Shown here piece by piece: positions 1-10,446 of a stretch of 64,000 bases of DNA. The notes below the pieces were generated by a model that did no database searches, was not told the origin of the DNA, and saw nothing but the letters and a program-made list of their open reading frames with translations. Positions within the stretch are counted from its first letter, which is position 1, and every line of letters starts with the position of its first letter. This stretch comes from Candidatus Poribacteria bacterium (GTDB lineage: Bacteria; Poribacteria; WGA-4E; WGA-3G). A program made the position numbers and the translations under genes. The DNA lies in the NCBI GenBank assembly GCA_965197475.1, contig CBDANF010000003.1:672001-736000 (forward strand). Direction: 5' to 3'.

Positions 1-374
1 TCTTCTTTTGTCAAATTGGTCTGTAAAAGACGATCAGTATGGTGCTTCAAGGGTTCAGTGTCTGGTAAGTTGGGAAGAGGCAAGTACTCATTAAGAGCTT
101 CCTCCTCAAAAAGCAACCGAATTTCTTCCTCGGAAATCTCTGATGGTTTAAATTGCATGGTCTTTGGTTGCAAAACGAGAATGTCAAAAATTTCTTTCGG
201 AATCTCATCAACTACTTGAATAGTTCGTAGACTGTTTGGTTTTGGCTGATAGTTTAACAATCTATTTCCTAACGTTAGGTCAAGAAGGCGTTTACGTGCC
301 TCTTGCACCTCTTGTTCAATCTTGGATTTGATAGAAGTGTTTTCTACATTGAAAACATTGTTTTCGCTTTTCAT
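1..374 (-). CDS. DUF4011-domain protein (N-terminus of large SF1 helicase-type proteins), partial, runs off window edge
   Basis: Not in ORF track (open at edge). Manual translation from ATG 374: MKSENNVFNVENTSIKSKIEQEVQEARKRLLDLTLGNRLLNYQPK...LQTNLTKE; 'RKRLLDLxxxNRLLN' is the typical DUF4011 N-terminal motif. Confidence 0.7.
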   Translation of the reverse strand, partial: MKSENNVFNVENTSIKSKIEQEVQEARKRLLDLTLGNRLLNYQPKPNSLRTIQVVDEIPKEIFDILVLQPKTMQFKPSEISEEEIRLLFEEEALNEYLPLPNLPDTEPLKHHTDRLLQTNLTKE

Positions 375-425
375 AAAGTTAATTCCCTTCATTAGTGCTT
401 AGACAAAGCCTAATTTAAAATATCT

Positions 426-1613
426 TTACCAATCTCCTCTCCGATCACCCCATAGATGTGCTTTGACGGCTTCCTCATTCAGTTCAGTGCCCCAACCTGG
501 GCGCGTTGGAATCTTCATAGATCCATCTACAATTTCTGGCACATGGGTCGTCAAATCGTCTTTCCATGGCACATCGTCTATATCAACTTCCATAATGCGT
601 ACGTTAGGTAACACGGCACATAGACTCGCGCTCATGTAAGTGGCAAGATGGCTATAATAGTTGTGCGGCGCAACGTTGAATTGATAAACATCCGCTAAAT
701 CCCCGATCTTTTTAGATTGCGCAAATCCGTTCCACGGCACATCTATCATAAAGACATCTGCAGCCCGAGATTCGAAATAAGGGAGAAAATCGTGCATATA
801 GTATAAGTTTTCACCAGTGCATATCTTTGTTGTCGTGGAATCTTTGATTTGACGAATTGCCTCGTGATCGTACATATCAATCTCTAATCATAACAAATCA
901 TACGGTTCCAGGACCTTCGCGATACGCATACATGCTTCCGGTTTAAAGTTGAAGTTCAGATCAAGGTTGAGACCGACATCAGGTCCGATTGCATCTCTAA
1001 AAGTGCCAATTAGTGTTTCAATATGTCGCAGTAGTTCAGGAGTTACGTTTCCATCGGTGGAGCCAGGACCTCCACCGAAGCCACTGAAGTAGACTGAAGC
1101 AGGGTCACCGGGAATGACGATATTGGTTTTAAGTGCTGTGAAACCTTTTTCAACCACTTCACGCCCTAATGCTGCGATGTCCTCCATTGTACTTAACGGC
1201 GGCACGCCTATTAACTCAAAATTGCGCACACGAGATGTCCCACAGTGCGACCAGTACACGCGGACATTGTCACGCGTAGGTCCGCCAAAGAGTTCAACAA
1301 CAGATATTCCCAAAGCCTTCGCTTTGATGTCAACAAGCGCACATTCAATGCCAGCGATTGCCTTCGCCGCGATGCCGCCCGGGCTCTGTCGTGAACCGCG
1401 AATCATATCCCAAAAACGCATCTCATACGCACGTGGATCACGTCCAATCAACAAGGGCGTTAAATCTCTGATAGTTCCTACAACGCCGTTCGGGTTTCTG
1501 CCATCGCTGCATTCTCCGTAACCGGTAACACCTTCATCAGTCTCCACCTTGGCAAAAATCCAAGGTCGCCATCCACCATCCACAATAAAGGTTTCAATGT
1601 TTGTAATCTTCAT
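426..1613 (-). pseudogene. Mandelate racemase/muconate lactonizing enzyme family (galactonate dehydratase-like), interrupted by one in-frame TGA
   Basis: ORFs 888-1613 and 426-875 are in the same frame: ...EPYDLL*LEIDMYDHE...; TGA at 888-890 sits where Trp is expected (xLxWxE motif); enolase-superfamily motifs KVETDEGVTGYGE, TGEN, APHN, PTRPGWG. Confidence 0.8.
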
Positions 1614-1639
1614 AGAACTCCTTGGAATTCGTTTTTAGA

Positions 1640-2632
1640 TTAGAGGTTTACAACCTCTCCACGCTGATCGGATTCAAGCAACGCATCGCAAATACGCATC
1701 GTGTCTACTGCGACATCTGCCCACTCTGGCTCAAGATTGTCAGACTGCACTATCCCTGAAAACCGCTCAATCATATTGACTTCCTGTATGCACGCACCCG
1801 TTTCGTGCTTGTCATTATCCGAACCATGTATCCAAAACCGGGCAGATTCTTCCGATGTAGGCACAGTGAAATCATCACAAACCAGAGATGCGCGCGTTCC
1901 AGCAACCTCAAACCATTTTCGGAGCCCTGTATCAAACCCGCAATCCAAAGTTGCAATACGGTCATTGTCAAACCAGAGTATACCAGTCAAGTTGAAATCA
2001 ACACCGACTTTGTAACGTGCCGTTGCGAAAACCTTTGTTGGCATCTTCTCAAATGCCCAGAGAATCGCACGAACGCAATAGTATCCGAGATCACCGAGAC
2101 TTCCTCCGCCTAATTCCGGTTTAGTACGGATATTATTTGTTGGAACTGTATTCCAGTTGAACGTGAAAGCAGCCGTAACACGGCGCAGTTCTCCTAAGGT
2201 CGCAAGTTTCTCCTTCATCATCGCGGTACGCTCATGATGTACCCACATTACACCGTCCATCAGTTGCACACCGTTTTGACGGCATACATCTGCCATAATT
2301 GTAGCCTCGTCAGAATTTGCGGAAAGTGGTTTTTCACAAAGGACGTGTTTGCCGTGCTCTGCGGCTCTAATTGTCCACTCCGCATGCATTGAAGGCGGAA
2401 GGGGAATATAAATGGCATCCAAGGAAGAATCAGAGAGGAGGGCATCATAGTTGCCGTAAGCGATTGGGATATTGTGCTTTTGTGCCCATGCAGTTGCACG
2501 TTCTTCGGTGCGGCTTGCTACTGCCACCAATTCTGCGTTTTGCGCGAGATTAATGGCGCGAGCAACCTTTGTGGCAATACCCGCTGTGCTGAGAATTCCC
2601 CAGCGGACAGGTTGGTTTGCTGCTGTTGTCAT
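1640..2632 (-). CDS. Gfo/Idh/MocA family oxidoreductase
   Basis: WGILSTAGIA Rossmann start, HVLCEKP, GGGSLGDLGYY motifs. Confidence 0.9.
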   Translation of the reverse strand: MTTAANQPVRWGILSTAGIATKVARAINLAQNAELVAVASRTEERATAWAQKHNIPIAYGNYDALLSDSSLDAIYIPLPPSMHAEWTIRAAEHGKHVLCEKPLSANSDEATIMADVCRQNGVQLMDGVMWVHHERTAMMKEKLATLGELRRVTAAFTFNWNTVPTNNIRTKPELGGGSLGDLGYYCVRAILWAFEKMPTKVFATARYKVGVDFNLTGILWFDNDRIATLDCGFDTGLRKWFEVAGTRASLVCDDFTVPTSEESARFWIHGSDNDKHETGACIQEVNMIERFSGIVQSDNLEPEWADVAVDTMRICDALLESDQRGEVVNL

Positions 2633-2892
2633 AAGACTCCGTTCAATTTTGAAATGTTTGTCTTGAATGTTAGGCTTTCCATACTATACTGCATAACAGA
2701 AAATTGGTCAAGTGATAGCAATTAGCAGGCAGAGCTATTTAGTTTTCGCGAAGTACTCTTATGAAAGGGCTTTGTCCGCCCGATTGTGATTCAAATACAA
2801 TTAGCAGCAAATCCGTTTGCAGTCGCGCAATTCATTGTGCCTCTTACAATCACCATAGTGTACTGCGATCCAGGTATGCCCTGATTAAGTTA

Positions 2893-2939
2893 AAGAAATC
2901 AACACCGAATGCCACGAATGGATTCGATGTTGACTTCTT
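2893..2939 (-). terminator. Long stem-loop downstream of the exporter operon
   Basis: 18-bp stem AAGAAGTCAACATCGAAT/ATTCGGTGTTGATTTCTT is fully paired with two G-U wobbles only on the minus strand; ~40 bp after the 2977 stop. Confidence 0.6.
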
Positions 2940-2976
2940 GTAAAAATACGTTTTGAGATTATAATCTTCGTTTCTT

Positions 2977-4860
2977 CTATCTACCCCATCCCTGTTGTCT
3001 CTGCCGGCGTTGTAAAAAGACGCGGTCGCCTTCCGTAACACCGCTTTTAACGATCACATCTGTCTCGTTTTGCATGCCGGTTTCAATAGTGGTTTCGATA
3101 CCTTTGATACCATCCCCACTGTCCAACATCACAAACTTACCTCTTGAAACACTTACCTGTGCTGACACACCATTAGCTTTCTTTTCACCATTTATTAAGA
3201 GGGAGACAGTTGCCGGACCCGGAACAATACCGCGTTGCGAGCCATCTAAATTAATTGTCACGCTGCCATTTCCAACACTTCCAACGGTTCCGTTGAAAAT
3301 TTTCTCACTGATGGTCTGCATAGCAATCGGTTTTCCGACTTTGAAAGAGGACGTATTGCCGACTTGCGCGATAACCGTAGCAGAATTCTTCGTGATAACA
3401 GCATCAATGGGGATCAACAACACATTCTTTTCTTCATAAGTAATGATGTCAACATCGGCACTCATACCGGGGCGGATGTTCCCGGATGAATCCAATACCT
3501 CTATCATCACCTCAAAAGAGATAATGTTGTCTTGCTGTTGACCGCTCGGGGAAATCTCATAAATTTGACCTTTAAATTTTTTCGTTTGGAAAGCATCAAT
3601 TTTGATTTCTGCAGGTTGATTGGGTTCAAGACGTTCCATATCAACTTCGTTTATGAAGGTCTTTACAACCATTTTCGACAAATCGGCGATTGTCATAATC
3701 GGTGGACTTTGCGAAAAAGCCGAACGCCCAGATGTAACAATTTCACCTTGTTCTATCGCAAGTTGTGTAACAGTGCCTGACATTGGTGCCTTAATAACTG
3801 TCCAAGCAAGACGTTCCTCTTGATTCTTCAAACTACTTTTTCGTCGAAGTAGATTTGCATCGGCACTGACTTTGGATTGCTCTGTCAACAATTTTTCATT
3901 GTCAATAGTTAGCTGAAGTTCCTGTAACTGCGTCTTGGCGTTATCCAAACGAATTTGACTCTCTTCCTCTGATTTCTCTCGCATCTTTTTGAGGTTATCA
4001 ATGTTCAATTTCTGGTATTGCAGCTGTGATGCGCGAGTTTTTATAGCTGTTTTGCGTGCTTCAATCGTGCGGTCTTGTGAGACTATGGTTTGCTTCTGTG
4101 ATTCTACCCGTTTTTTTGCGTTTTCATGCGATGTGTTGGAACTTGCATGACGAGTCTCTGTATCCTCTAACACTTGCTTGGATACCAACTCTTGTTCATA
4201 AAGAGATTTATTCCGTTCTAATTCTGATTCCGCTGAATCTAATGAAACCTTTGATGAGCTTAGAGAAGTTTCGAATTCAGCGAGTGTTAATTTCGCCTGT
4301 GCAAGTGATATCTTGGCTTGTTCCAATGAGATATTATCTTGTTCTAACAGATTCTTTGTAGCCTGGATATCGGTTTCGGCGGAACTGATTTGTGTTTGTG
4401 TGGTAGCCTTCGTGGTTTCAAGATTGGCTCGTGCAATTTTCACTGAGGCTTCGGCTTGCGTAAGCTGGCTATTTAAGCGTTCTTTTTTGAGTTCTATATT
4501 TAATTTTGCCTGCATTAGTTGTGCTTCAGCTGCGTTAACATCTGCATTTGCCTGCTTTTGTTCTTCTTTATATAACTCAGGATCAAGTCTTACTAAAATG
4601 TCGTCTTTTTGAACATAATCACCATCATCAACAAGAAGTTCAACAACTTCACCCTCAACGTTAGATTTCACTTCAACGTCAAGAAGCGGTTCCAAATTTC
4701 CGGTTGCTCTGATGCTCATTCGGAAATTTCCGCGTTTGACGACTTCAATTTTAGGTGCAAGTGTCTGGTCTGATCCACTTTTGCCACGACTCAGAACAAC
4801 CCAACCTGCCGCAACTACAAGAACGACAATTATGCCAACAGTAATAATTAGTTTTTTCAA
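2977..4860 (-). CDS. Efflux periplasmic adaptor subunit (MacA/HlyD-like) with very long coiled coil
   Basis: N-terminal TM, lipoyl halves (VKSNVEGEVVEL...GDYV; IKAPMSGTV), INEVDM, IRPGMSA motifs; TTG start with GGAGG RBS. Confidence 0.85.
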   Translation of the reverse strand: MKKLIITVGIIVVLVVAAGWVVLSRGKSGSDQTLAPKIEVVKRGNFRMSIRATGNLEPLLDVEVKSNVEGEVVELLVDDGDYVQKDDILVRLDPELYKEEQKQANADVNAAEAQLMQAKLNIELKKERLNSQLTQAEASVKIARANLETTKATTQTQISSAETDIQATKNLLEQDNISLEQAKISLAQAKLTLAEFETSLSSSKVSLDSAESELERNKSLYEQELVSKQVLEDTETRHASSNTSHENAKKRVESQKQTIVSQDRTIEARKTAIKTRASQLQYQKLNIDNLKKMREKSEEESQIRLDNAKTQLQELQLTIDNEKLLTEQSKVSADANLLRRKSSLKNQEERLAWTVIKAPMSGTVTQLAIEQGEIVTSGRSAFSQSPPIMTIADLSKMVVKTFINEVDMERLEPNQPAEIKIDAFQTKKFKGQIYEISPSGQQQDNIISFEVMIEVLDSSGNIRPGMSADVDIITYEEKNVLLIPIDAVITKNSATVIAQVGNTSSFKVGKPIAMQTISEKIFNGTVGSVGNGSVTINLDGSQRGIVPGPATVSLLINGEKKANGVSAQVSVSRGKFVMLDSGDGIKGIETTIETGMQNETDVIVKSGVTEGDRVFLQRRQRQQGWGR

Positions 4861-4975
4861 AACCTATTCCTCCTATAAGGTTTAAGAGATGCTAAGTTGA
4901 ATACACCTCATCTTTAGCCGGTATGCTGAAACCTATAAATCCTATTGTCTGCAGTGTTTAACAATAGGTAACGAA

Positions 4976-6292
4976 CTAATCAGATCGAAGTGCATCAACA
5001 GGGGTGAGTTTCGCCGCTTTATGCGCAGGGTAAAGCCCAAAGAAAACACCGATAGCGACCGACACGAGCAAGGCAATAAACATTGTTTGAAATGAAATGA
5101 CCGATGGCCAGTTGCTGTCTTCCCAGACAAACCTGGATATGAGTGCAGCTGTACCTTGCCCCATAAAAACACCTAAAATTGACCCAAGAATTCCACCACA
5201 TAATGTTAGCACAGATGCCTCAATGAGAAATTGGGTTATAATGTCGTTGAACGTTGCACCGAGTGCTTTCCGCAATCCGATTTCACGGGTTCGATCCGTT
5301 ACAGAAACAAGCATGATATTCATTACACCGATACCTGCAACCATCAAAGCGATACCTGCGATACCACCCATCAAGGCTTTCATGACCAAACCGACTTTAT
5401 TGGCAGTAGCCAATTCCTCTGTGGCAGTCCAATAGTTATATTCTTCACCTGTGTTGTTGTGAATTCTACCTAATATTTGCTTAGCATCCGAAATTACAAG
5501 CGGAATTTTATCTATGTCCTTTGCTTCTACGCGAATCCGTTCAACATCCTGGCGACCTTTAAAACGTTCTTGCAATGTCGTTATCGGAATGATGAATCTG
5601 TCATCCCAGCCAGTAGTGTCCATCGCGTCGCCCTTCTCTTCCATCACGCCGATAACTTTAAGCCGCACTTCATACAATCCGCTTCTGCCACGCCAATAAG
5701 AAGGACGGGAAGCTTTAATCTCTTTCCCAACCGGATCTTCATTGAGAAATACCTCTTCCGCAATTTTTGAACCGATTACAGCAACACTGCTGGATGCTTC
5801 AACCTCTTCTGGGTTGAAAAATCTACCGCTTGAGGTGTACCAGTTATGCGAACGGTCGTACCCAGCTGTTGATGCCACAATTCTGGATTCCTTTGTTCGT
5901 CCTTTGTAATTCACGTTCCACCCCGACATATCGTCTTCAGCAACAACGTCAACGATACCGCGTACACCCTTCATGATTTCATCAGCATCGTCAGTTTCCA
6001 GATGTTCTGCACGGTTCCTACGCCAACGACTCCTGCCTCTGACCGCTTCGCCCGCTGCTCGACTTAAAGTGCCGGACTGTTTGTCCCAATCATCTCGATA
6101 GATTTCAACGATCTTTGTGCCGCCCGTCCGTTCAATCTCTCGTAACACCAACGCAGCAGATCCGTCGCCGACAGAGACCATACTCACCACAGAGCCAACA
6201 CCGACAATAATTCCTAAAATTGTCAGACCGGAACGGAGCGGGTTTCGTCGTAAACTGGTAATACCTAAAATAATACATTCAAATAGATTCAT
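4976..6292 (-). CDS. ABC transporter permease (MacB/FtsX-like)
   Basis: RSGLTILGIIVGV; GIGVMNIMLVSVTDRTREIGLRKALGA; PAHKAAKLTPVDALR. Confidence 0.92.
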   Translation of the reverse strand: MNLFECIILGITSLRRNPLRSGLTILGIIVGVGSVVSMVSVGDGSAALVLREIERTGGTKIVEIYRDDWDKQSGTLSRAAGEAVRGRSRWRRNRAEHLETDDADEIMKGVRGIVDVVAEDDMSGWNVNYKGRTKESRIVASTAGYDRSHNWYTSSGRFFNPEEVEASSSVAVIGSKIAEEVFLNEDPVGKEIKASRPSYWRGRSGLYEVRLKVIGVMEEKGDAMDTTGWDDRFIIPITTLQERFKGRQDVERIRVEAKDIDKIPLVISDAKQILGRIHNNTGEEYNYWTATEELATANKVGLVMKALMGGIAGIALMVAGIGVMNIMLVSVTDRTREIGLRKALGATFNDIITQFLIEASVLTLCGGILGSILGVFMGQGTAALISRFVWEDSNWPSVISFQTMFIALLVSVAIGVFFGLYPAHKAAKLTPVDALRSD

Positions 6293-6302
6293 TATTTTTC
6301 TC

Positions 6303-7604
6303 TTATTCCTTGCGAAGTGCGTCTATTGGGGAGAGCGCGGACGCTTTTAATGCTGGATAGAGTCCAAAAGAGATACCAATCAACGCAGAAAATGAGACAG
6401 AAATTATAACCCACTGCATTGAGATAACCGATGGCCAATCTGGGACGATTTTTACAATCTTAACTGCAAGTAACGCCATGCCTTCACCCGCAAGATAACC
6501 TAACCCAACGCCTATAGCACCACCTATAATGCACATTACAATGGATTCTATAAGGAACTGTAGCATAATATCAAAACGTTTTGCACCAAGTGCTTTCCGA
6601 AGACCAATCTCACGAGTGCGTTCACTGACAGCTACCAACATCATGTTCATTATACCGATACCACCAATGAGCAGAGAAAATCCAGCAATGCTCCCTAACG
6701 CAATTTTTATGACTTTACTGATTTTATCTAACTGCGCCATACCCTCACGCATGTCTCTGAGACTGAAGAAGTCGTCCTGATTCTTATGCCGCTCCCTTAG
6801 CACAACCTTCACTTCTTCGATTGCTTTGGGAACTTCTTCAACGGTGTTCGCGTGAACAGATAACATGACAATCCTATCGTTGCCGGTAAACCGTTCTTGC
6901 GTTGTTGTGAGCGGAATGAAAATCATATCGTCCAAGTTCCACCCGAATCGGAGACTTCTGCCGCGGGGTTCCATTGTTCCGACAACGGTAAAACGTTCAG
7001 CAATACGATTCTGACCCCTTCTGCCAAATCGGTCATATCGGTCCCCACCTCTCCCAATCTTAATTTCTTTATCTAATGGTGACGCTGAACCGAAAAGATT
7101 GCTCGCTACCTCCGTCCCTAAAATACAAATTTTCGCTTTGTTTTCCATATCCTCATCGGAAATAAAACGTCCTTCCTGAATTTTCCAGTCCATCGCTTCC
7201 GAAAATGAGGCATTTACACCGTTATAACCGCTGCGAGCTTCAGCACCGCCTTCAGCTTGAACATGGACACCCCGCCACTCAGGAATACGTGGTACAACAA
7301 CTTTCACTGATGGGCATTCCGCCTCTATTGCTAACACGTCTTCATACTCAAAGTATTCGTTGCTACGGTTTGGCATCCAACGGCTGCCCACACGCTTATA
7401 GCTGCTGCGATACATCGTAAATTGGTTGACTCCACCCAGTTTTTGCGCATCCTGCAGCACAATCTTCTTCGCACCATCACCGATAGATATCATCGCAAGC
7501 ACAGAGGCAACTCCAATGATAATCCCAAGCATCGTCAACAACGATCGAAGCGTGTTGCTACGAATTGCAGAAATTCCAACGGAAAATCCCTCAAATATGC
7601 GCAT
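6303..7604 (-). CDS. ABC transporter permease (MacB/FtsX-like)
   Basis: RSLLTMLGIIIGV; GIGIMNMMLVAVSERTREIGLRKALGA; LSPIDALR. Confidence 0.92.
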   Translation of the reverse strand: MRIFEGFSVGISAIRSNTLRSLLTMLGIIIGVASVLAMISIGDGAKKIVLQDAQKLGGVNQFTMYRSSYKRVGSRWMPNRSNEYFEYEDVLAIEAECPSVKVVVPRIPEWRGVHVQAEGGAEARSGYNGVNASFSEAMDWKIQEGRFISDEDMENKAKICILGTEVASNLFGSASPLDKEIKIGRGGDRYDRFGRRGQNRIAERFTVVGTMEPRGRSLRFGWNLDDMIFIPLTTTQERFTGNDRIVMLSVHANTVEEVPKAIEEVKVVLRERHKNQDDFFSLRDMREGMAQLDKISKVIKIALGSIAGFSLLIGGIGIMNMMLVAVSERTREIGLRKALGAKRFDIMLQFLIESIVMCIIGGAIGVGLGYLAGEGMALLAVKIVKIVPDWPSVISMQWVIISVSFSALIGISFGLYPALKASALSPIDALRKE

Positions 7605-7949
7605 TCATGTCTCCAAAGACTTTAAAAAGATTAAACTTTTATGCTCTGTAATTTAGACAGAAAACAGCAGATAAGGTTCGTCAAATTAACAGGTTGATGG
7701 CGTTGAAAACTACATCCTCAATTTGTCAAAAGTTAACTGATGTTGTTGGAATACAATTACGCCATTTTTGACGTTAGAATTGCGAATAGGTTTATTGCAA
7801 AATTATTGTGAGTGGATTATCTATAAAACTTATTTGACAAATTTTAACTAAAATTGGGGAGTCGGATGAATACTACTGGTCAGATTTTTGTTTGAGTGGA
7901 TTTGCGAAATGGGAAAACAATACCAATCACGTTAATTTGGTATAAGTCC

Positions 7950-8080
7950 TTGCTACCTTGTGCTCACGGTCTCTCCTCTGTAGGAGCGACCCGCCAAATG
8001 CCATAAGCGCATTTGGCGTTGATTCGCCGGTCGCGACTTTACGACTAAAACACAAAAAACCGAAAACTGAATGGTTCTGG
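7950..8080 (+). repeat. ~130-bp dispersed repeat with GTAG-type REP, copy 1
   Basis: Near-identical reverse complement at 54995-55127; contains GTAGGAGCGACC...GGTCGCGA with nested CGCCAAATGC/GCATTTGGCG hairpin. Confidence 0.85.
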
Positions 8081-8497
8081 TGTTTTATTGCGTGGATCTG
8101 GGACTGCTGCTAACATATCAATCAAGTGGCAAGAGGAGATTCTTGTTTTGGTTTACCTCAAAAGAGTTTGTTTTTAAGGTGAAGTATAGCAGATGTAGCG
8201 TGAAAAGTCATGTCACATCTGCATATCGTAAAATATTAACACTTGTGATAAATTTCCCAAGAAAAGTCGAAAACTAAATGGCCCTGCTATCAATTCATTA
8301 AGGTTGACTTTTATTTCAAATTACAGTATAATACATTTCAATATCTCCAAAAATTTCGAATATCTTTAAATAAACAAGGCAGGCACTCCAACTGTTATCA
8401 TTAAGTTTAAGCCAAGTTGGATAGAGCAGCGCACACAAAATATGCATCTTGGACTCGCTGTGCCGAAAATATGATACACATAAGGAAAGAAAAATAG

Positions 8498-8743
8498 ATG
8501 GCAACAATCGTAAAACATAACGCGACAGGCAAGAATTACTGCTTACTCGGAACAGGTTTTGGTGTTTTCTAGTCTTCAAAACCTAACGTCTTTTTTGGTA
8601 ATTTAATGGCTGATGTGGACGAAGGCGAATACGCTATGGTCTGCGTTTGTAATAGTGCCGGAAAAATTTATTGGATTGATGCAGATGAGATTACCGTTGT
8701 AAGCATTGATGGACAGAACGTCGGAGAACTCCCCCTTGCATAA
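8498..8743 (+). pseudogene. Small hypothetical protein (81 codons) with one in-frame TAG
   Basis: Manual translation MATIVKHNATGKNYCLLGTGFGVF*SSKPNVFFGNLMADVDEGEYAMVCVCNSAGKIYWIDADEITVVSIDGQNVGELPLA; AAGGA RBS upstream; TAG at 8570-8572; protein-like on both sides. Confidence 0.6.
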
Positions 8744-8819
8744 CTGAAATCAATTCTCATCTGGTATGAGAGGTTTATCTCCGACCATTTTTTACTCACG
8801 AAAGGAAACTTTTTACCGA

Positions 8820-9398
8820 ATGGATTTACAGCAGATTAATATCAAGGTTTTTGCAACCGAAGATAGCAAGATCAACTACACCAACTTCATCAAGGTTTTC
8901 AACCGTTGGATGGAAGAGGCTGATTCTGATGATTACCTGAACTACGCCGATTATTCTCACGTTGATGCAGGACCGGGCGTACTACTGATTTTAAAGCAAG
9001 CTAACTATAGCATTGACAGTGCCTATCATGAGGCAGGATTCCTCTACAATAGGAAGCATGATGTGGAGGGCGAAAATGCTGAAAAAATTCGCCAAGCTCT
9101 CACTGAGACACTCTCTAAATGCGAACTACTTGAAGCATCGGTAGAATTGGAAAATGCCATCCACTTCAATGGCTCAGACATTCTATTTATGATAAACAAC
9201 CGTAATATCGCGCCAAACACGCCTGAGACAGCGGAAGCAATTCAAGCAGACCTTGAACCTGTACTACAACAGATGTACGGTAGTGGCAACTTCAGCATAG
9301 AACGCACCTCTGAAGATATTCGCGAACGTTTCGCCTTAAGAATCTCCGCGAAACCAGACAAACCGATTTCAGAACTCATCTCCAATCTCGGAGGCTAA
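8820..9398 (+). CDS. Conserved hypothetical protein upstream of moeB
   Basis: ORF with ADYSHVDAGPGVLLI motif, AAAGGA RBS before ATG 8820; 1-bp spacing to moeB. Confidence 0.7.
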   Translation: MDLQQINIKVFATEDSKINYTNFIKVFNRWMEEADSDDYLNYADYSHVDAGPGVLLILKQANYSIDSAYHEAGFLYNRKHDVEGENAEKIRQALTETLSKCELLEASVELENAIHFNGSDILFMINNRNIAPNTPETAEAIQADLEPVLQQMYGSGNFSIERTSEDIRERFALRISAKPDKPISELISNLGG

Positions 9399-9399
9399 G

Positions 9400-10206
9400 A
9401 TGTTTAACTTTTCTAATGAACAGATTGAACGGTATAGCCGGCATATTATCCTCAAAGAGGTCGGCGGGATGGGGCAGACCAAGCTGCTTGAATCAAAAGT
9501 ACTACTTATCGGCGCGGGAGGACTCGGTTCGCCTATAGGTGTTTACCTCGCCGCGGCGGGGGTCGGCACACTCGGCATTGTTGATGATGATGTGGTTGAC
9601 CTCAGCAACTTGCAACGCCAAATCTTACACGGCACCAGCGATATTGGCATCCCAAAAACGAAATCTGCAGAAGCCTCCATCGCTGAGATGAACCCAGACG
9701 TTAAGGTAATCCCTTACAACAAACGTATCAACTCGCAAAACGCTTTTGAGATACTGGAACAGTACGATCTGATTATAGATGGGTGCGACAACTTTCCGAC
9801 GCGCTACCTCCTCAACGATGCATCTGTCATGCTCGGCAAACCGATTGTACACGGCAGCATCTTCCAGTTTGAAGGACAAGTAACTGTTCTTTATCCGGGT
9901 AAGGGACCTTGTTATCGATGCATCTTTCCTGAGCCACCACCAGCGGGGCTGGCACCGAGTTGCCAAGAAGCTGGTGTCTTTGGCGTGTTACCTGGTATCA
10001 TCGGCACAATTCAAGCCGTTGAAGCGATTAAAGTTCTTTTAGACATCGGTGAAACGTTGATCGGAACCCTCCTACTTTTCAACGCGCTCACGATGGATTT
10101 CAAGCGACTGAAACTCCATCAAGATAGCGGTTGCCCGATGTGCGGTGAAAATCCTACCATTAAAGAACTCATTGATTATGAAGAATTCTGTGAGATGCGG
10201 TGGTAG
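9400..10206 (+). CDS. moeB: ThiF/MoeB family adenylyltransferase
   Basis: ERYSRHI, GAGGLGS, DLSNLQRQ, CYRC...SCQEAGV, CPMC. Confidence 0.9.
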   Translation: MFNFSNEQIERYSRHIILKEVGGMGQTKLLESKVLLIGAGGLGSPIGVYLAAAGVGTLGIVDDDVVDLSNLQRQILHGTSDIGIPKTKSAEASIAEMNPDVKVIPYNKRINSQNAFEILEQYDLIIDGCDNFPTRYLLNDASVMLGKPIVHGSIFQFEGQVTVLYPGKGPCYRCIFPEPPPAGLAPSCQEAGVFGVLPGIIGTIQAVEAIKVLLDIGETLIGTLLLFNALTMDFKRLKLHQDSGCPMCGENPTIKELIDYEEFCEMRW

Positions 10207-10446
10207 GCACTGATACAGAGTCACTTCAATGGAAGCAGGGACAATGCAATGGCGGAAAAAGGTGTAGTGATAATGTTATTTTTCATTCTTGCTATGATGT
10301 TTTGTCTCTTACTTATGTTTTATGGGATAGCTCAAATACTCAAGAAATCAGCAGAAGTTTGTCTAAAATTGCGAAAAACTTTGAGCAATTTAATGGCAAA
10401 GATGATAGTTGATGAACAAGTGCTTATAAGTGGTGTTCAGATATTT

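Noticed and set aside
888-890. TGA as selenocysteine or genetic code 4/25
   Set aside because: The position corresponds to Trp, not Cys; TGG is used for Trp throughout and TGA terminates other genes normally
8570-8572. TAG as pyrrolysine or recoded Gln
   Set aside because: Single instance; TAG ends many intact genes in the window and no pyl genes are visible
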